Source: Algoriphagus sp. (GTDB taxonomy: Bacteria; Bacteroidota; Bacteroidia; Cytophagales; Cyclobacteriaceae). Taken from it: a stretch of DNA of 64,000 nt. Below the pieces are notes generated by a model. That model searched no databases. It was not told where the DNA came from and saw only the letters and a program-made list of their open reading frames with translations. The DNA is taken from the NCBI GenBank assembly GCA_017858365.1, contig JAFMBQ010000001.1, positions 4,052 to 68,051 on the forward strand, in the 5' to 3' direction. This document shows positions 17,632-28,610 of the stretch, piece by piece (the stretch's first letter is position 1; each line of letters begins with the position of its first letter). Both the position numbers and the translations under genes were made by a program.

Positions 17632-20600
17632 TTGGATCGCCAAGAATTTCTTTCCATCTATCAAGCTGACCCTGTTTTCCAATCTATTGCGCATGAGATC
17701 ATGCAGCAGGGTAATATTACTAGCGTACAGGTCAAAGGCCTTTCAGGAAGTCTAGACATGGTTCTCTTCAGTACTTTGTACCGGCAAAGCGGGGGAATTC
17801 ACCTGCTCATCGCACAGGACAAAGAAGAGGCAGCATACCTCAATTCGGATCTTCAGAATTTGCTTCAAACAGATGAGCACATGATTTTTCCGTCTAGTTT
17901 TAAGAAGGCCTATCACTATGAGGAAGTGGATAATGCAAATGTCTTGATCCGAGCTGAGCTGCTTAATCGAATCCTGACCGAGCGAGACCAATCGCATGTC
18001 ATCGTAACTTATCCTGAAGCACTTTATGAGCGGGTTATCAATAAACGCTCGCTAATTGAAAATACCTTCGTTGCGAAAGTAGGTGAGAAAGTCGACATGG
18101 AATTTGTGTCTGAGTTGCTTCACAGTTATGACTTTGAGCGAACTGACTTTGTCTACGAACCCGGGCAGTTTGCCATTAGAGGGGGGATTTTAGATGTATT
18201 TTCATTTTCAAATGAGCATCCCTACAGATTGGAGCTTTTTGGTAAAGAAATCGAAAGCATCAGGACCTTTGATCCAGAGTCACAACTTTCAATTGAAATT
18301 GTACCTCAGATTTCCCTGATCCCAAATATTCAAACCAAGCTTCTCCAAGAAGTGCGGCAATCATTTTTGGGTTTTCTACCAGAAGACACCAAAATCTGGA
18401 TCAAAGACTTCCAGCTGACCAAAGACGTGATGGACGAGTGCTTTCATAAAGCCACTCAGGAATTTGACCAGATTGTCAGAAAAACAAAGAATGATAAACT
18501 GGTTCTCCAGCCATCTGACCTTTTCGAAACTGGAGCTGATTTCGCAAATCAGTCTGAAAATTTCTCAAGAATTGAATTTGGAAGACAATTTTACCTCAAG
18601 GCTGCAAAATCTTTCATTTGGGAAAGTCAGCCTCAGCCCTCATTCAACAAGAATTTTGACTTGTTAGTCACTCATTTGGCAGAAAATGAAAAGCGGGGCT
18701 ATGCAAATATCCTGACCGCTGAGAATGAGAAACAGATTGACCGGTTGATCGGAATTTTCAAAGAGTTGGACCCCACGATTCAAATCCAAAGTATGCTCCT
18801 TGGATTACGCGAGGGATTTGAGGATCGTCAATCGAAAATCGCCTGCTTTACTGATCACCAGCTATTTGAGCGATTTCACAGATATAAAACCCGAGCAAAA
18901 GCCAGTAAATCGAAAGCACTGACTATAAAGGAACTAAAAGCTCTTCATCCTGGGGACTACATAGTCCATGTGGATTATGGAGTGGGGAGGTTTGCCGGAT
19001 TGGAAAAAGTAGATGTCTCGGGAAAAAAGCAAGAGGCTGTTCGCTTGATCTTTCGAGATGATGATTTGCTTTATGTGAACATCCATTCCCTTCACAAGAT
19101 CTCCAAATATTCAGGTCAAGAGGGAACAGCCCCGACCATGTCCAAACTGGGTTCTCCAGAATGGGAAAACAAAAAAAGCCGTGCCAAAAAACAGGTAAGA
19201 GACATTGCTAAAGACCTTATTGCGCTCTATGCGAAGCGAAGATCCGCTCCTGGATTTTCATTTACCAGAGATTCGGTTTTGCAGATTGAGCTCGAGTCGT
19301 CCTTCATATATGAAGATACTCCAGACCAAGCAATCGCTACTCAAGACGTCAAATCAGATATGGAAAAATCCTATCCAATGGATCGACTAGTCTGCGGTGA
19401 CGTTGGTTTTGGAAAGACTGAAGTAGCAATTCGAGCAGCATTCAAAGCAGTCAATGATCGAAAGCAGGTGGCGGTACTAGTGCCAACAACCATTTTGGCT
19501 ATGCAGCATTTCCACACTTTCAAAGAGAGACTTGGCGATTTGCCATTAAAAGTCGATTACATCAATCGCTTTCGGACAGCGAAGGAAATCAAAGAAATCG
19601 TAGCTCAAGTAAAAACCGGTGAAATCGATATTCTGATAGGTACCCATAAGATTGTCAACAAAGACATCGTGTTCAAAGATCTAGGATTATTGATCATTGA
19701 TGAAGAGCAGAAGTTTGGGGTCAAAGTAAAAGATCAGCTTAAAAACCTTCGGGTCAATGTCGATGTGCTAACCTTGACCGCAACGCCTATTCCAAGGACT
19801 TTACATTTCTCCTTGATGGGAGCTAGAGACTTATCTATCATTGCAACACCACCACCGAATCGACAACCGGTGACCACTGAAGTACAAACATTCCAAGAGG
19901 AAGTAATCCGAGATGCGATCGCTTATGAATTGCGACGGGGAGGACAGGTTTTCTTTGTCCACAATCGTGTGGGCGAGATCGATTCCATTGCGAATTTGAT
20001 TATGAAGCTGGTTCCAGACGCTAGAGTGGCCGCAGCACATGGACAAATGGATGGGAAAAAACTAGAAAAGATCATGGTCGATTTTATCAATCATGAATAC
20101 GATGTATTGGTTTCCACGAATATCATCGAATCTGGTCTTGACATTCCTAATGCCAACACAATTTTAATCAACCGAGCTCACATGTTCGGCTTGAGTGATT
20201 TACACCAAATGCGAGGACGTGTCGGTAGAAGTAATAAAAAAGCATTTTGTTACCTGCTTACCAGCCCAATGTCAGGGCTCACTGCAGAAGCCAGGAAGCG
20301 ATTGCAGACTTTGGAAGAATTTTCCGATTTGGGAGATGGTTTCAAGGTGGCAATGAAAGATCTGGATATCAGAGGAGCCGGGAATTTATTAGGAGCGGAG
20401 CAAAGTGGATTTATCACCGATCTTGGTTTTGAAATGTATCATAAAATTCTTGATGAGGCTGTTCAAGAATTAAAAGAAAATGAATTCGCATCGCTCTTCG
20501 AGGTGGATCTGGCAGAGAAAGTCAAAGTTCTTGTTCAGGATTGTACCATAGAAACCGACTTAGAGTTATTAATCCCCGAAGAATATGTGGCAAACATCAG

Positions 20601-20988
20601 TGAGCGACTTGGGCTTTATTCCAAACTGGATGGAATAAAAGATGAGGAGGCGCTGAGTAAGTTTTCTGCCAATCTTTTGGATCGATTTGGACCGCTTCCA
20701 ACAGAAGTGGAGGACTTATTAGAGACAGTACGCCTTCGTTGGAAAGCAGAGAAATTGGGAGTTGAAAAACTTACCTTGAAGGGCAATCAAATGAAATGTT
20801 ATTTACTGCCGTCTTCTCGAGATGACTTTTATTCCTCAGATGTTTTCCAGAAAATTATGCGCTTTGCGCAATTCAACTCAAAGAATTGTAAAATAAAGGA
20901 ATACAAAAATCGTTTGATTCTTACCTTATCAGGGGTTTCGAGTATTTCAAAAGCCCAGGTTAAGCTAAATGAAATGGTGAATTATTGA
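17632..20988 (+). CDS. mfd: Transcription-repair coupling factor
   Basis: UvrB-like N-terminus, CarD-like RID domain (GDYIVHVDYGVG), CGDVGFGKTEV, DEEQKFG, QMRGRVGRS, TRG motif DLDIRGAGNLLG. Confidence 0.98.
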   Translation: MDRQEFLSIYQADPVFQSIAHEIMQQGNITSVQVKGLSGSLDMVLFSTLYRQSGGIHLLIAQDKEEAAYLNSDLQNLLQTDEHMIFPSSFKKAYHYEEVDNANVLIRAELLNRILTERDQSHVIVTYPEALYERVINKRSLIENTFVAKVGEKVDMEFVSELLHSYDFERTDFVYEPGQFAIRGGILDVFSFSNEHPYRLELFGKEIESIRTFDPESQLSIEIVPQISLIPNIQTKLLQEVRQSFLGFLPEDTKIWIKDFQLTKDVMDECFHKATQEFDQIVRKTKNDKLVLQPSDLFETGADFANQSENFSRIEFGRQFYLKAAKSFIWESQPQPSFNKNFDLLVTHLAENEKRGYANILTAENEKQIDRLIGIFKELDPTIQIQSMLLGLREGFEDRQSKIACFTDHQLFERFHRYKTRAKASKSKALTIKELKALHPGDYIVHVDYGVGRFAGLEKVDVSGKKQEAVRLIFRDDDLLYVNIHSLHKISKYSGQEGTAPTMSKLGSPEWENKKSRAKKQVRDIAKDLIALYAKRRSAPGFSFTRDSVLQIELESSFIYEDTPDQAIATQDVKSDMEKSYPMDRLVCGDVGFGKTEVAIRAAFKAVNDRKQVAVLVPTTILAMQHFHTFKERLGDLPLKVDYINRFRTAKEIKEIVAQVKTGEIDILIGTHKIVNKDIVFKDLGLLIIDEEQKFGVKVKDQLKNLRVNVDVLTLTATPIPRTLHFSLMGARDLSIIATPPPNRQPVTTEVQTFQEEVIRDAIAYELRRGGQVFFVHNRVGEIDSIANLIMKLVPDARVAAAHGQMDGKKLEKIMVDFINHEYDVLVSTNIIESGLDIPNANTILINRAHMFGLSDLHQMRGRVGRSNKKAFCYLLTSPMSGLTAEARKRLQTLEEFSDLGDGFKVAMKDLDIRGAGNLLGAEQSGFITDLGFEMYHKILDEAVQELKENEFASLFEVDLAEKVKVLVQDCTIETDLELLIPEEYVANISERLGLYSKLDGIKDEEALSKFSANLLDRFGPLPTEVEDLLETVRLRWKAEKLGVEKLTLKGNQMKCYLLPSSRDDFYSSDVFQKIMRFAQFNSKNCKIKEYKNRLILTLSGVSSISKAQVKLNEMVNY

Positions 20989-21166
20989 TTTTATTAAATA
21001 TTTTACTGGCATAAATATTGCAGTTTTGCACATATATTCTGTCGGTAACCATCAATTAGAGGTTTATTTGAGCTTTTTTGAGTTTAGATTCTCCTCAACA
21101 TTCATTGGAAGTCGCTGACAATGCATTTATATTGCAGCATTAAATTAGACATAAACGAATACTTAT

Positions 21167-22390
21167 ATGCGTCTGAGTAACAAATCATGGGGAATGTGGG
21201 TAGCAACTTTCGCGATTGTTGGAAGTTCTATTTTGACCTCTTGTAACAAAACACCTGGATATGGCAGAAGATCTGCAAATAACCCAGGTAAAAAGAGTAC
21301 AACAACTGGTCAAGATTTTTCTTTTGAAGAAAATGATTCGACAAACTTTTTTGTCGCCAAAAATGCGGAGCAAATTCCTGGACCCAACTTGAGATTTATC
21401 CAAGGTGGTAGAGCGGTTTTAGGTTCGCAGGAAGAAGACATCATGGCATTCCGAGATAATCAGGAGCGGACTGTTTCGGTTTCTAACTTCTATTTGGACG
21501 AAACAGAAATCACCAACAATGATTACCGTGAATTTCTTTTTGACATGAAGAAGAAAGTAAGCGCCGACTCATTGAAGAAATTGGAGCCTTCTGAAAATGT
21601 ATGGAAAGGCGCGATGTCATTCAACGACATGTACCAGTCTTATTATTTCAGATTTCCTGGTTTCAATTTCTATCCAGTAGCTGGTGTCTCTTGGAGTCAA
21701 GCAAAAACTTATTCAAATTGGAGAACTGAATTTGTTCAGGATCTGGTGAGAAAGGAAAGAGGAATCGATTCCACATTTTCTAAAATTCAGTTAATTGAGC
21801 GAGGTGTAGCTTTGGCTGATTACCGACTCCCTACTGAAGCTGAATGGGAATATGCAGCTAAAGCAATGATTGGAACACAATATTTAGATGAAAATCAGGA
21901 GTACGGCCGAATCTATCCTTGGGATGGAAGAGGAGTGAGAAATCCATATAATGTTAAGCGTAAAGGCAAGCAAGGTGACTTGCTAGCAAACTTCAAAAGA
22001 GGTCGTGGTGACTACGGTGGAATCGCGGGTAATCAGCGAAATGATGGAGAAATCATCCCTACTAACGTTTATGATATGGCTCCGAATGATTTTGGCCTTT
22101 ATCACATGGCAGGTAATATGAACGAGTGGGTTCAGGATATTTATCGACCACTTTCATTCCAAGACGTTGACGACTTAAACCCAGTTAGAAAATCAGGGGT
22201 TTTCGATGAGGCTGATACGTATGAGACCTCTGTCCTTACTGATGAGCTTCGAGTATACAAAGGTGGTTCTTGGAGAGATGTTACCTATTGGTTGGCTCCT
22301 GGTACGCGAAGATTTATGCATCAGGACTCTGCTACCAATGATATTGGTTTCAGATGTGCGATGATTTCAATTGGAGAAAAAGGAAAGTAA
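21167..22390 (+). CDS. gldJ: Gliding motility / T9SS-associated lipoprotein GldJ (FGE-sulfatase domain)
   Basis: Lipobox LTSC; FYLDETEITN, RLPTEAEWEYAA, ANFKRGRGDY, GNMNEWV, RVYKGGSW, GFRCAM. Assignment as GldJ rather than GldK is by recalled motif pattern. Confidence 0.8.
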   Translation: MRLSNKSWGMWVATFAIVGSSILTSCNKTPGYGRRSANNPGKKSTTTGQDFSFEENDSTNFFVAKNAEQIPGPNLRFIQGGRAVLGSQEEDIMAFRDNQERTVSVSNFYLDETEITNNDYREFLFDMKKKVSADSLKKLEPSENVWKGAMSFNDMYQSYYFRFPGFNFYPVAGVSWSQAKTYSNWRTEFVQDLVRKERGIDSTFSKIQLIERGVALADYRLPTEAEWEYAAKAMIGTQYLDENQEYGRIYPWDGRGVRNPYNVKRKGKQGDLLANFKRGRGDYGGIAGNQRNDGEIIPTNVYDMAPNDFGLYHMAGNMNEWVQDIYRPLSFQDVDDLNPVRKSGVFDEADTYETSVLTDELRVYKGGSWRDVTYWLAPGTRRFMHQDSATNDIGFRCAMISIGEKGK

Positions 22391-22407
22391 TTTCCACAAA
22401 ATATAAG

Positions 22408-22442
22408 AAAAAACCTTGACCATTGCTGGTCAAGGTTTTTTT
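22408..22442 (+). terminator. Intrinsic terminator after gldJ
   Basis: AAAAACCTTGACCA-TTGC-TGGTCAAGGTTTTT followed by TT. Confidence 0.85.
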
Positions 22443-22876
22443 GTGCCTAATCTATAATAAGATCCCCTTTTACAGTTGTAATCTTTCTTCTAATCCAAAA
22501 TTACTTATTCAGGCTCGCAGGGTTTTTATGATGGAATGGACCCTCATAAATCTAATTAACCGCAATTCCCTTGTTTTTTCAATTTGATTTCCTCAGGCTA
22601 GGATGGAAAGGACGTGAAAACTAAATATTAGGCTCTCCTCTTTTTTGAATGCCCGCTTCAAATCAATCTGACTAATCAAGGCATAGAAATTTGAGCTTTT
22701 CTACCTCTAATTCAGGAGCTGATTCGCTTTGATGCATCGTTATCTCCAAAGGGTTGCCCCCTTTAATGGCTTGATCAAAAGTCCGATGTTGAATTCCTTC
22801 TTCTCTGGTAGGAGTGAAAGCATTTTATTAAGAGCTATATAACTTTCAAAAAAGTTTTTCTGAATTTCAATTGCTC

Positions 22877-24154
22877 TCAAATACTGACCATATTCTTTTG
22901 CGTTTGAACTCCTTGAATTTCGGTTTTGCAGAACCAAATCACAACTAATGGCGATCCAACCAGAATCATAATTAGCATATAAGATCCAAATGGAACCGAG
23001 GTGTTTAATCCAAACCAATCCCCAGTACTTAAAATAATTGCCAAACCAGCTATGCTTTTAAGACTTTCCCAGATCCAAGCCTTGGAATCTTTATCCATCA
23101 GTTCGGTATATGCATAAACTGTCAAAAAGACAAACGCACCATAAATGAAAATTCCAGGGATACCTATAGTGGCTATATTTCCAAACAAAAAGAAAACATA
23201 AAACACGAGCATCAAAAATTGGAAGATGCTCCAGCGCAGTAAATTTGGAGAAAGCAAGGGGCTGTATTTTTCAAAATTATAAACATCTTGAATCTTCTCA
23301 ACAGGGTATTTTTCAGCAACATCAGCAGGTCGCCATCCCAAAGGCATAAACCAAATTTTGAGTTTATCCTCCCATTTAGAAGCTCTCCAAGCATCTTTTA
23401 CCAACAACCATAAATGCATGAAATTGATCTTAATTGGATTCCAAGTTCTTACCGGAGTAGTGACTCCATAGACTGCCGGCACATTAGCTAGTTCTTCTTG
23501 AAAAGTCCCAAAAAGCTTATCCCAGAAAATGAAGATCTGCCCATAGTTCTTATCCAGATAAATGGGATTTATCGCATGGTGTACCCGATGATGAGCTGGA
23601 GTGACAATGATGTATTCGAGCCAACCCATTCGCTTGATGTGTTGGGTATGATACCAAAACTGGGCAAAAAGGTGAATCGGGCCAACTACCGCAATCACCT
23701 CAGTTGGCACGCCAAGAAAGGCTGCCGGCAAAAGAAAAACGGTGAATATTCTTACAAATGAGGAAATACTTTGGCGTAAGGCACAGGCCAAGTTAAACTC
23801 CTCACTGCTGTGATGTATGATGTGATTGTTCCAAAAAATATTGTACTCATGATTGATTCGGTGAACCCAATACCCCGAAAAATCTAATGCAATAAAGGCG
23901 ATCAGAAAGGTTAACCAGCTTGCGCTAACCTGAGTCAGAGCCACATGGTCTACCAGCCAACCATAAGAAATAATTGCTAAACTCAGTCCCAAGACATCCT
24001 TAGTGACATTGGTTACTCCTGAACTTAGGCTTGAAAGCATATCATTCAAAGGCACAGTATCGTTTTCTGTGTACCAACCATACCATTTCTCCAATAAAAC
24101 CAATACCAGAAATGCTGGCATGGCGATCAATAATATCTTTCCGTAAGTCTCCAT
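22877..24154 (-). CDS. Sterol desaturase / fatty-acid hydroxylase family, alkylglycerol monooxygenase-like
   Basis: His clusters YWVHRINH, HIIHHSSEEFNL, FWYHT, HHRVHH; NYGQIFIFWDKLFGTF. Confidence 0.8.
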   Translation of the reverse strand: METYGKILLIAMPAFLVLVLLEKWYGWYTENDTVPLNDMLSSLSSGVTNVTKDVLGLSLAIISYGWLVDHVALTQVSASWLTFLIAFIALDFSGYWVHRINHEYNIFWNNHIIHHSSEEFNLACALRQSISSFVRIFTVFLLPAAFLGVPTEVIAVVGPIHLFAQFWYHTQHIKRMGWLEYIIVTPAHHRVHHAINPIYLDKNYGQIFIFWDKLFGTFQEELANVPAVYGVTTPVRTWNPIKINFMHLWLLVKDAWRASKWEDKLKIWFMPLGWRPADVAEKYPVEKIQDVYNFEKYSPLLSPNLLRWSIFQFLMLVFYVFFLFGNIATIGIPGIFIYGAFVFLTVYAYTELMDKDSKAWIWESLKSIAGLAIILSTGDWFGLNTSVPFGSYMLIMILVGSPLVVIWFCKTEIQGVQTQKNMVSI

Positions 24155-24353
24155 TGTTTTTTCTAAACAGACTTAAAATACAGAAATTATCTGAATCCAA
24201 GCAAATGTTAAATTTCCGAGAAATCTATTCAAAATGCGCTTTCAGGGTTTTACTTAAATAAATTTCATGAATTCTACTCAAACGAAAATCTCAATTCTGA
24301 AAAACAAAAGAAAATTTCCACTTCCTTTTATTGAATTATTTAAATTTTAGTAA

Positions 24354-24932
24354 TCAAAGCCTGATCCGGATTCCGGCATTCGCAAATAAGCCGTTTGTCT
24401 TCCCAAAATCGATATTGGTAAAACTCGTCTGAACATCAGTCACGGACCATTCATAGCTGACATCCACGAATAAAATCCAAATATCCAATCCTGCACCTGC
24501 AAATACTCCCCATGCTGGTGAGTTTATGTCATCCTTATTAATATCATCACCTGTATCAATCACAAAAAACCCAGAAGGCCCTCCAAAAAGGCGAAGAGAT
24601 GCTTTAGATTCTGAATTTCCAATTAGATTGTAACCAAGCGCGAAAGGAACTCTGATTCCTTTTAAATCCGCCTTCAAATCCGGTTGAGTTAGGTTGTCTG
24701 AAGATGAAAATTCCGCAGATTTGCTCTGATAAAAAATCCCTGGCTCTACATAAATTTTCTTTCCAAAGGCCACACTTGCTCCAAATTGCCAGCCAGTTCT
24801 GCCACTTGCAGTTCCTTCCCCATTTCCCACTACATCTGTAAAGTTAATGCCCACGGTAGGCTTGATTGTCTGGCCAATGGATACGTGGCTCAATCCAAGA
24901 CACGCTAGAATAATTAAGAATGTTTTTTTCAT
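24354..24932 (-). CDS. Outer-membrane beta-barrel (porin-family / PorT-like) protein
   Basis: Signal peptide, alternating beta-strand pattern, aromatic-rich C-terminal strand. Confidence 0.7.
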   Translation of the reverse strand: MKKTFLIILACLGLSHVSIGQTIKPTVGINFTDVVGNGEGTASGRTGWQFGASVAFGKKIYVEPGIFYQSKSAEFSSSDNLTQPDLKADLKGIRVPFALGYNLIGNSESKASLRLFGGPSGFFVIDTGDDINKDDINSPAWGVFAGAGLDIWILFVDVSYEWSVTDVQTSFTNIDFGKTNGLFANAGIRIRL

Positions 24933-25139
24933 GTCTGAGGGTTGGTTTAAATTAGTAATTTGATGAGAAGTGGTTCAAAATATATTTTGCCAGCTAAAAG
25001 GATGGGATGGAAAACTGGAGAGGTTGTACGTTTATCCTACCATCTAGAAGAATTTATGTAAGATAAAGACCACTTATGAATTTTACACCTAGGTTTATTT
25101 GGTAGGTTATATCTTCATAAAAACTAATCGAATCAGAAT

Positions 25140-27566
25140 ATGAAACGGGTAATACTAATTATTATTTCCATTCTCGGGACTTTCTATCAACAAGGAATTG
25201 CCCAAACTACTTATCAAACTCCCCCAAAAGCTATTGCCGAATTGGTAAATGCGCCGAGCACTCCTTCTGTAAGCTTTAGCAAAAATGGCGACTGGATGAT
25301 GCTCCTCGAGCGTGCTGATAATCCAAGTATTGAGGAGCTTTCACAGCCAGAGCTCCGAATTGCAGGCCTACGAATAAATCCTGCCACCTCTGGACCAAGC
25401 CGAGGTCGGGGAATAGAAAATGTCAAAATTAAAATGACTCGTGGAGGTGAGGAGATCCAAATCAAGGGGTTGCCAGCTAACCCAAGCATGGGAGGATTTG
25501 CTCTTTCAAAAGATGAGAAATTCCTTGCTTTCACTCAGACTGAAGCCAATGGAAATAGCCTTTGGGTAGTGGATATGACGTCATTTGAAGCCAAAAAACT
25601 CACAGATGCCATACTGAATGAAGTCTATGGTGATGCAATGGCTTGGACTTCTGAGAATGAAATCCTCATCAAAGCAGTAAATCCAAACCGAGGAAATATC
25701 CCTCAAAAACCTTCAGCCCCAACGGGCCCGATTATTCAAGAATCTACAGGGGAAGCTTCACCAAATAGAACGTATCAGGATTTATTGAGCAATCCTTATG
25801 ACGAAAAATTATTCGCCTTTTTCATAGATTCTCAAATCATGCTTGTCGATCTAAATGGGAATAAAAAGCCAATTGGTCCCTCTGGAATGATCAAGTCCAT
25901 GGATCTTTCTCCAGACGGAAAATACCTAATGGTTGATCTCATTAAAAAGCCATTTTCCTATTTGGTCCCTGCTTCAAGATTCCCTTATGACGTAGAGGTT
26001 TGGGACAAAGCTGGAAAAAAAGTAAAGACAGTAGCACAGATTCCTTTGGATGAAAATCGCCCTACTGGATTTGATGCAACTGTGACCGGCCCAAGAAATA
26101 TCAGTTGGAGAGCTGACAAAAGCGCAATGCTTTACTGGGTTGAGGCGCAAGACGAAGGTGATCCTAGAAACGATGTGAAAGATCGGGAGATCGTCTACAC
26201 CCTGGATGCACCTTTTGCCGGCGAGAAGAAAAAGTTAGCTACCACGCCATATCGTTTTGCTGGCATTGCTTGGTCAGATGACAACTTTGCGATCATGAAT
26301 GAGCGTTGGTCAGCAAGTCGGAAAGAAATGAGATCTGTTATCAATCCGTCCAACCCTAACCAAGCTAAGCGATTAATCATTGAGAGATCATCTGATGATA
26401 TTTACAATGATCCGGGAGATCCACTTTTTGTAGAAAATCAATTCGGAAAAAATGTTCTATTAAGAAATGGAGATTTGATATTCATGACCAGTCAAGGAGG
26501 ATCTCCTGATGGGAATATGCCTTTCCTTTCCACTTTTGATACTAAAACCAAAGCCCAAAACATCCTTTGGAGATCTGAAGCACCTTATTATGAACGCGTA
26601 GTTAAAGTCCTAGATGAATCAGGTTCGGAATTCATCACTTTGAAAGAAAGCACAGATATCCAACCCAACTATTGGCTGGTGAATACGAAGAAGCGAATGG
26701 CTCCAATGCAGGTGACGAATTTTGTACACCCATATGAATCCCTGAAAGGAATCCAAAAACAGCAAGTGACCTATTCCAGAAAGGATGGATTAAATCTCTC
26801 TGCAGTCATCTATACCCCTGTAGGTTATGATCCGGCAAAAGACGGCACTCTTCCGGTTTTAATGTGGGCTTATCCCCGAGAATACAAATCCAAAGAAGTT
26901 GCTGCTCAGGTTAGAGGTTCTAAATATGCCTTTACGCGTCTGAATTGGGGTTCACCGATCTATTGGGTGACTCGTGGCTATGCTATTATGGACCAAACTG
27001 AAATGCCAATCGTAGGGGAAGGTGACAAAGAACCAAATGACTATTTCTTAGAGCAGTTAGTTTGGAACGCTGAGGCTGCAATAGACAAAATTGTGGATAT
27101 GAGAATTGGCGACCGGATGCGTATCGCAGTCGGTGGACATTCTTATGGTGCATTTATGACTGCAAACTTGCTTTCCCACACCAATTTGTTTGCAGCCGGA
27201 ATCGCACGAAGCGGAGCATATAATCGTACCCTGACTCCATTTGGCTTCCAATACGAGCAACGTACCTATTGGGAAGCTCCTGAAGTTTATTTTAATATGT
27301 CTCCTTTCTCTTTTGCTCACAAAGTGAAAACTCCGATCCTAATGATCCACGGAGAGGCCGATAATAATTCTGGCACCTTCCCGATTCAGTCTGAGCGTTA
27401 TTACAATGCACTGAAAGGTCATGGAGCTACAGCAAGATTGGTTTTCTTACCAAACGAAAGTCATGGCTATGCTGCTCAAGAGTCCATCCTTCACACACTT
27501 TGGGAAATGGATACTTGGTTAGAAAAGTACGTGAAGAATAAGAATGTGATTGATAAATCGAAATAA
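25140..27566 (+). CDS. S9 (prolyl oligopeptidase) family serine peptidase
   Basis: Signal peptide; GGHSYG nucleophile; HGEADNN; ESHGY. Confidence 0.9.
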   Translation: MKRVILIIISILGTFYQQGIAQTTYQTPPKAIAELVNAPSTPSVSFSKNGDWMMLLERADNPSIEELSQPELRIAGLRINPATSGPSRGRGIENVKIKMTRGGEEIQIKGLPANPSMGGFALSKDEKFLAFTQTEANGNSLWVVDMTSFEAKKLTDAILNEVYGDAMAWTSENEILIKAVNPNRGNIPQKPSAPTGPIIQESTGEASPNRTYQDLLSNPYDEKLFAFFIDSQIMLVDLNGNKKPIGPSGMIKSMDLSPDGKYLMVDLIKKPFSYLVPASRFPYDVEVWDKAGKKVKTVAQIPLDENRPTGFDATVTGPRNISWRADKSAMLYWVEAQDEGDPRNDVKDREIVYTLDAPFAGEKKKLATTPYRFAGIAWSDDNFAIMNERWSASRKEMRSVINPSNPNQAKRLIIERSSDDIYNDPGDPLFVENQFGKNVLLRNGDLIFMTSQGGSPDGNMPFLSTFDTKTKAQNILWRSEAPYYERVVKVLDESGSEFITLKESTDIQPNYWLVNTKKRMAPMQVTNFVHPYESLKGIQKQQVTYSRKDGLNLSAVIYTPVGYDPAKDGTLPVLMWAYPREYKSKEVAAQVRGSKYAFTRLNWGSPIYWVTRGYAIMDQTEMPIVGEGDKEPNDYFLEQLVWNAEAAIDKIVDMRIGDRMRIAVGGHSYGAFMTANLLSHTNLFAAGIARSGAYNRTLTPFGFQYEQRTYWEAPEVYFNMSPFSFAHKVKTPILMIHGEADNNSGTFPIQSERYYNALKGHGATARLVFLPNESHGYAAQESILHTLWEMDTWLEKYVKNKNVIDKSK

Positions 27567-27578
27567 GGCCCAAAACAT

Positions 27579-27613
27579 AAAACCCCACTCGAGTCAATCT
27601 GAGTGGGGTTTTT
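27579..27613 (+). terminator. Bidirectional terminator between the S9 peptidase and uppP
   Basis: AAAACCCCACTC...GAGTGGGGTTTTT. Confidence 0.8.
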
Positions 27614-27662
27614 ACTTTTTAAGTCTACTTCGAATGATGTTTATCGAGCTGTACTAAATGAA

Positions 27663-28451
27663 TCAACCAAGATCCGCTCCCCACATGAAGATTAAAAACA
27701 AGACTCCTAAGGCAATTCGATAGTAACCAAATGCCATAAATCCATGATTGGATACATATTTCAAAAACAGCTTCACTGCTATCCATGCGGTGATAAAAGC
27801 AACTACCAAACCAATTCCCATAAATGAAATTTGCTCGGTGGTCATCGTCAAATCGCTTTTCAACAAATCATATCCTGATGCAGCTATCATCGTAGGCACT
27901 GCCAATAGGAAGGAAAACTCGGTAGCCTGTTTTTTATCAAGACCATTAAAAACGCCTCCAATAATTGTGGCCGCGGCTCGAGAAGTGCCCGGTACCATAG
28001 ACAGACACTGAAAAAGCCCGATGAAAAAGGCGTTTTTATAGGAAATATCTTCCACTTCAGCTAGGTCAGTTTCGGAATTGACTACTTTTTTATCAATGAA
28101 AATCAAGACGATTCCTCCCAAAATGAGTGAAACTGACACCACAATTGGATTAAAGAGGTAGGCCTTGATGTACTCATAAGCCAAAAGCCCGACAATCGCT
28201 GTGGGAATAAATGCAGCCAGCAACTTGAAATAGATTGTCCAACCCCTAAAAAAACGCTTGATGTACATCAGCGCAATTGCTAGAATCGCCCCAAGTTGGA
28301 TCCCTATTTCAAAGGTTTTGACAAATTCATCCTCATGGATATTCATTGCCGCTGAGGCCAAGATCATGTGACCTGTAGATGAGATTGGTAAAAATTCTGT
28401 TAGTCCTTCAATAATGGCAATTATGATGGATTGGAAAAGAGTCATGGGCAT
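27663..28451 (-). CDS. uppP: Undecaprenyl-diphosphate phosphatase
   Basis: EGLTEFLPISSTGH, IQLGAILA, PGTSRAAATI, EFSFLLAVP. Confidence 0.95.
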   Translation of the reverse strand: MPMTLFQSIIIAIIEGLTEFLPISSTGHMILASAAMNIHEDEFVKTFEIGIQLGAILAIALMYIKRFFRGWTIYFKLLAAFIPTAIVGLLAYEYIKAYLFNPIVVSVSLILGGIVLIFIDKKVVNSETDLAEVEDISYKNAFFIGLFQCLSMVPGTSRAAATIIGGVFNGLDKKQATEFSFLLAVPTMIAASGYDLLKSDLTMTTEQISFMGIGLVVAFITAWIAVKLFLKYVSNHGFMAFGYYRIALGVLFLIFMWGADLG

Positions 28452-28467
28452 TTGATAGTTCTAGGGG

Positions 28468-28475
28468 CAAAGTTA
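28468..28475 (-). promoter_or_regulatory. -7 promoter box upstream of uppP
   Basis: Minus-strand TAACTTTG. Confidence 0.6.
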
Positions 28476-28610
28476 ATAATCCCATTCAAAGGAAGAGAAA
28501 GCTTCTAGGGTTATATGGCAAATTTTGAAATGAAAATTAATTTTAGTTAATTTCTGTAGTTGAAAAATAAAATCAGCCGTATCTTTTTTATCAAATACCC
28601 GAACTTACTC

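Noticed and set aside
25090-25110. TAGGTTTAT half-site upstream of the S9 peptidase, resembling the wHTH operator
   Set aside because: The second half of the palindrome is absent; a 9-mer AT-rich match is expected by chance.
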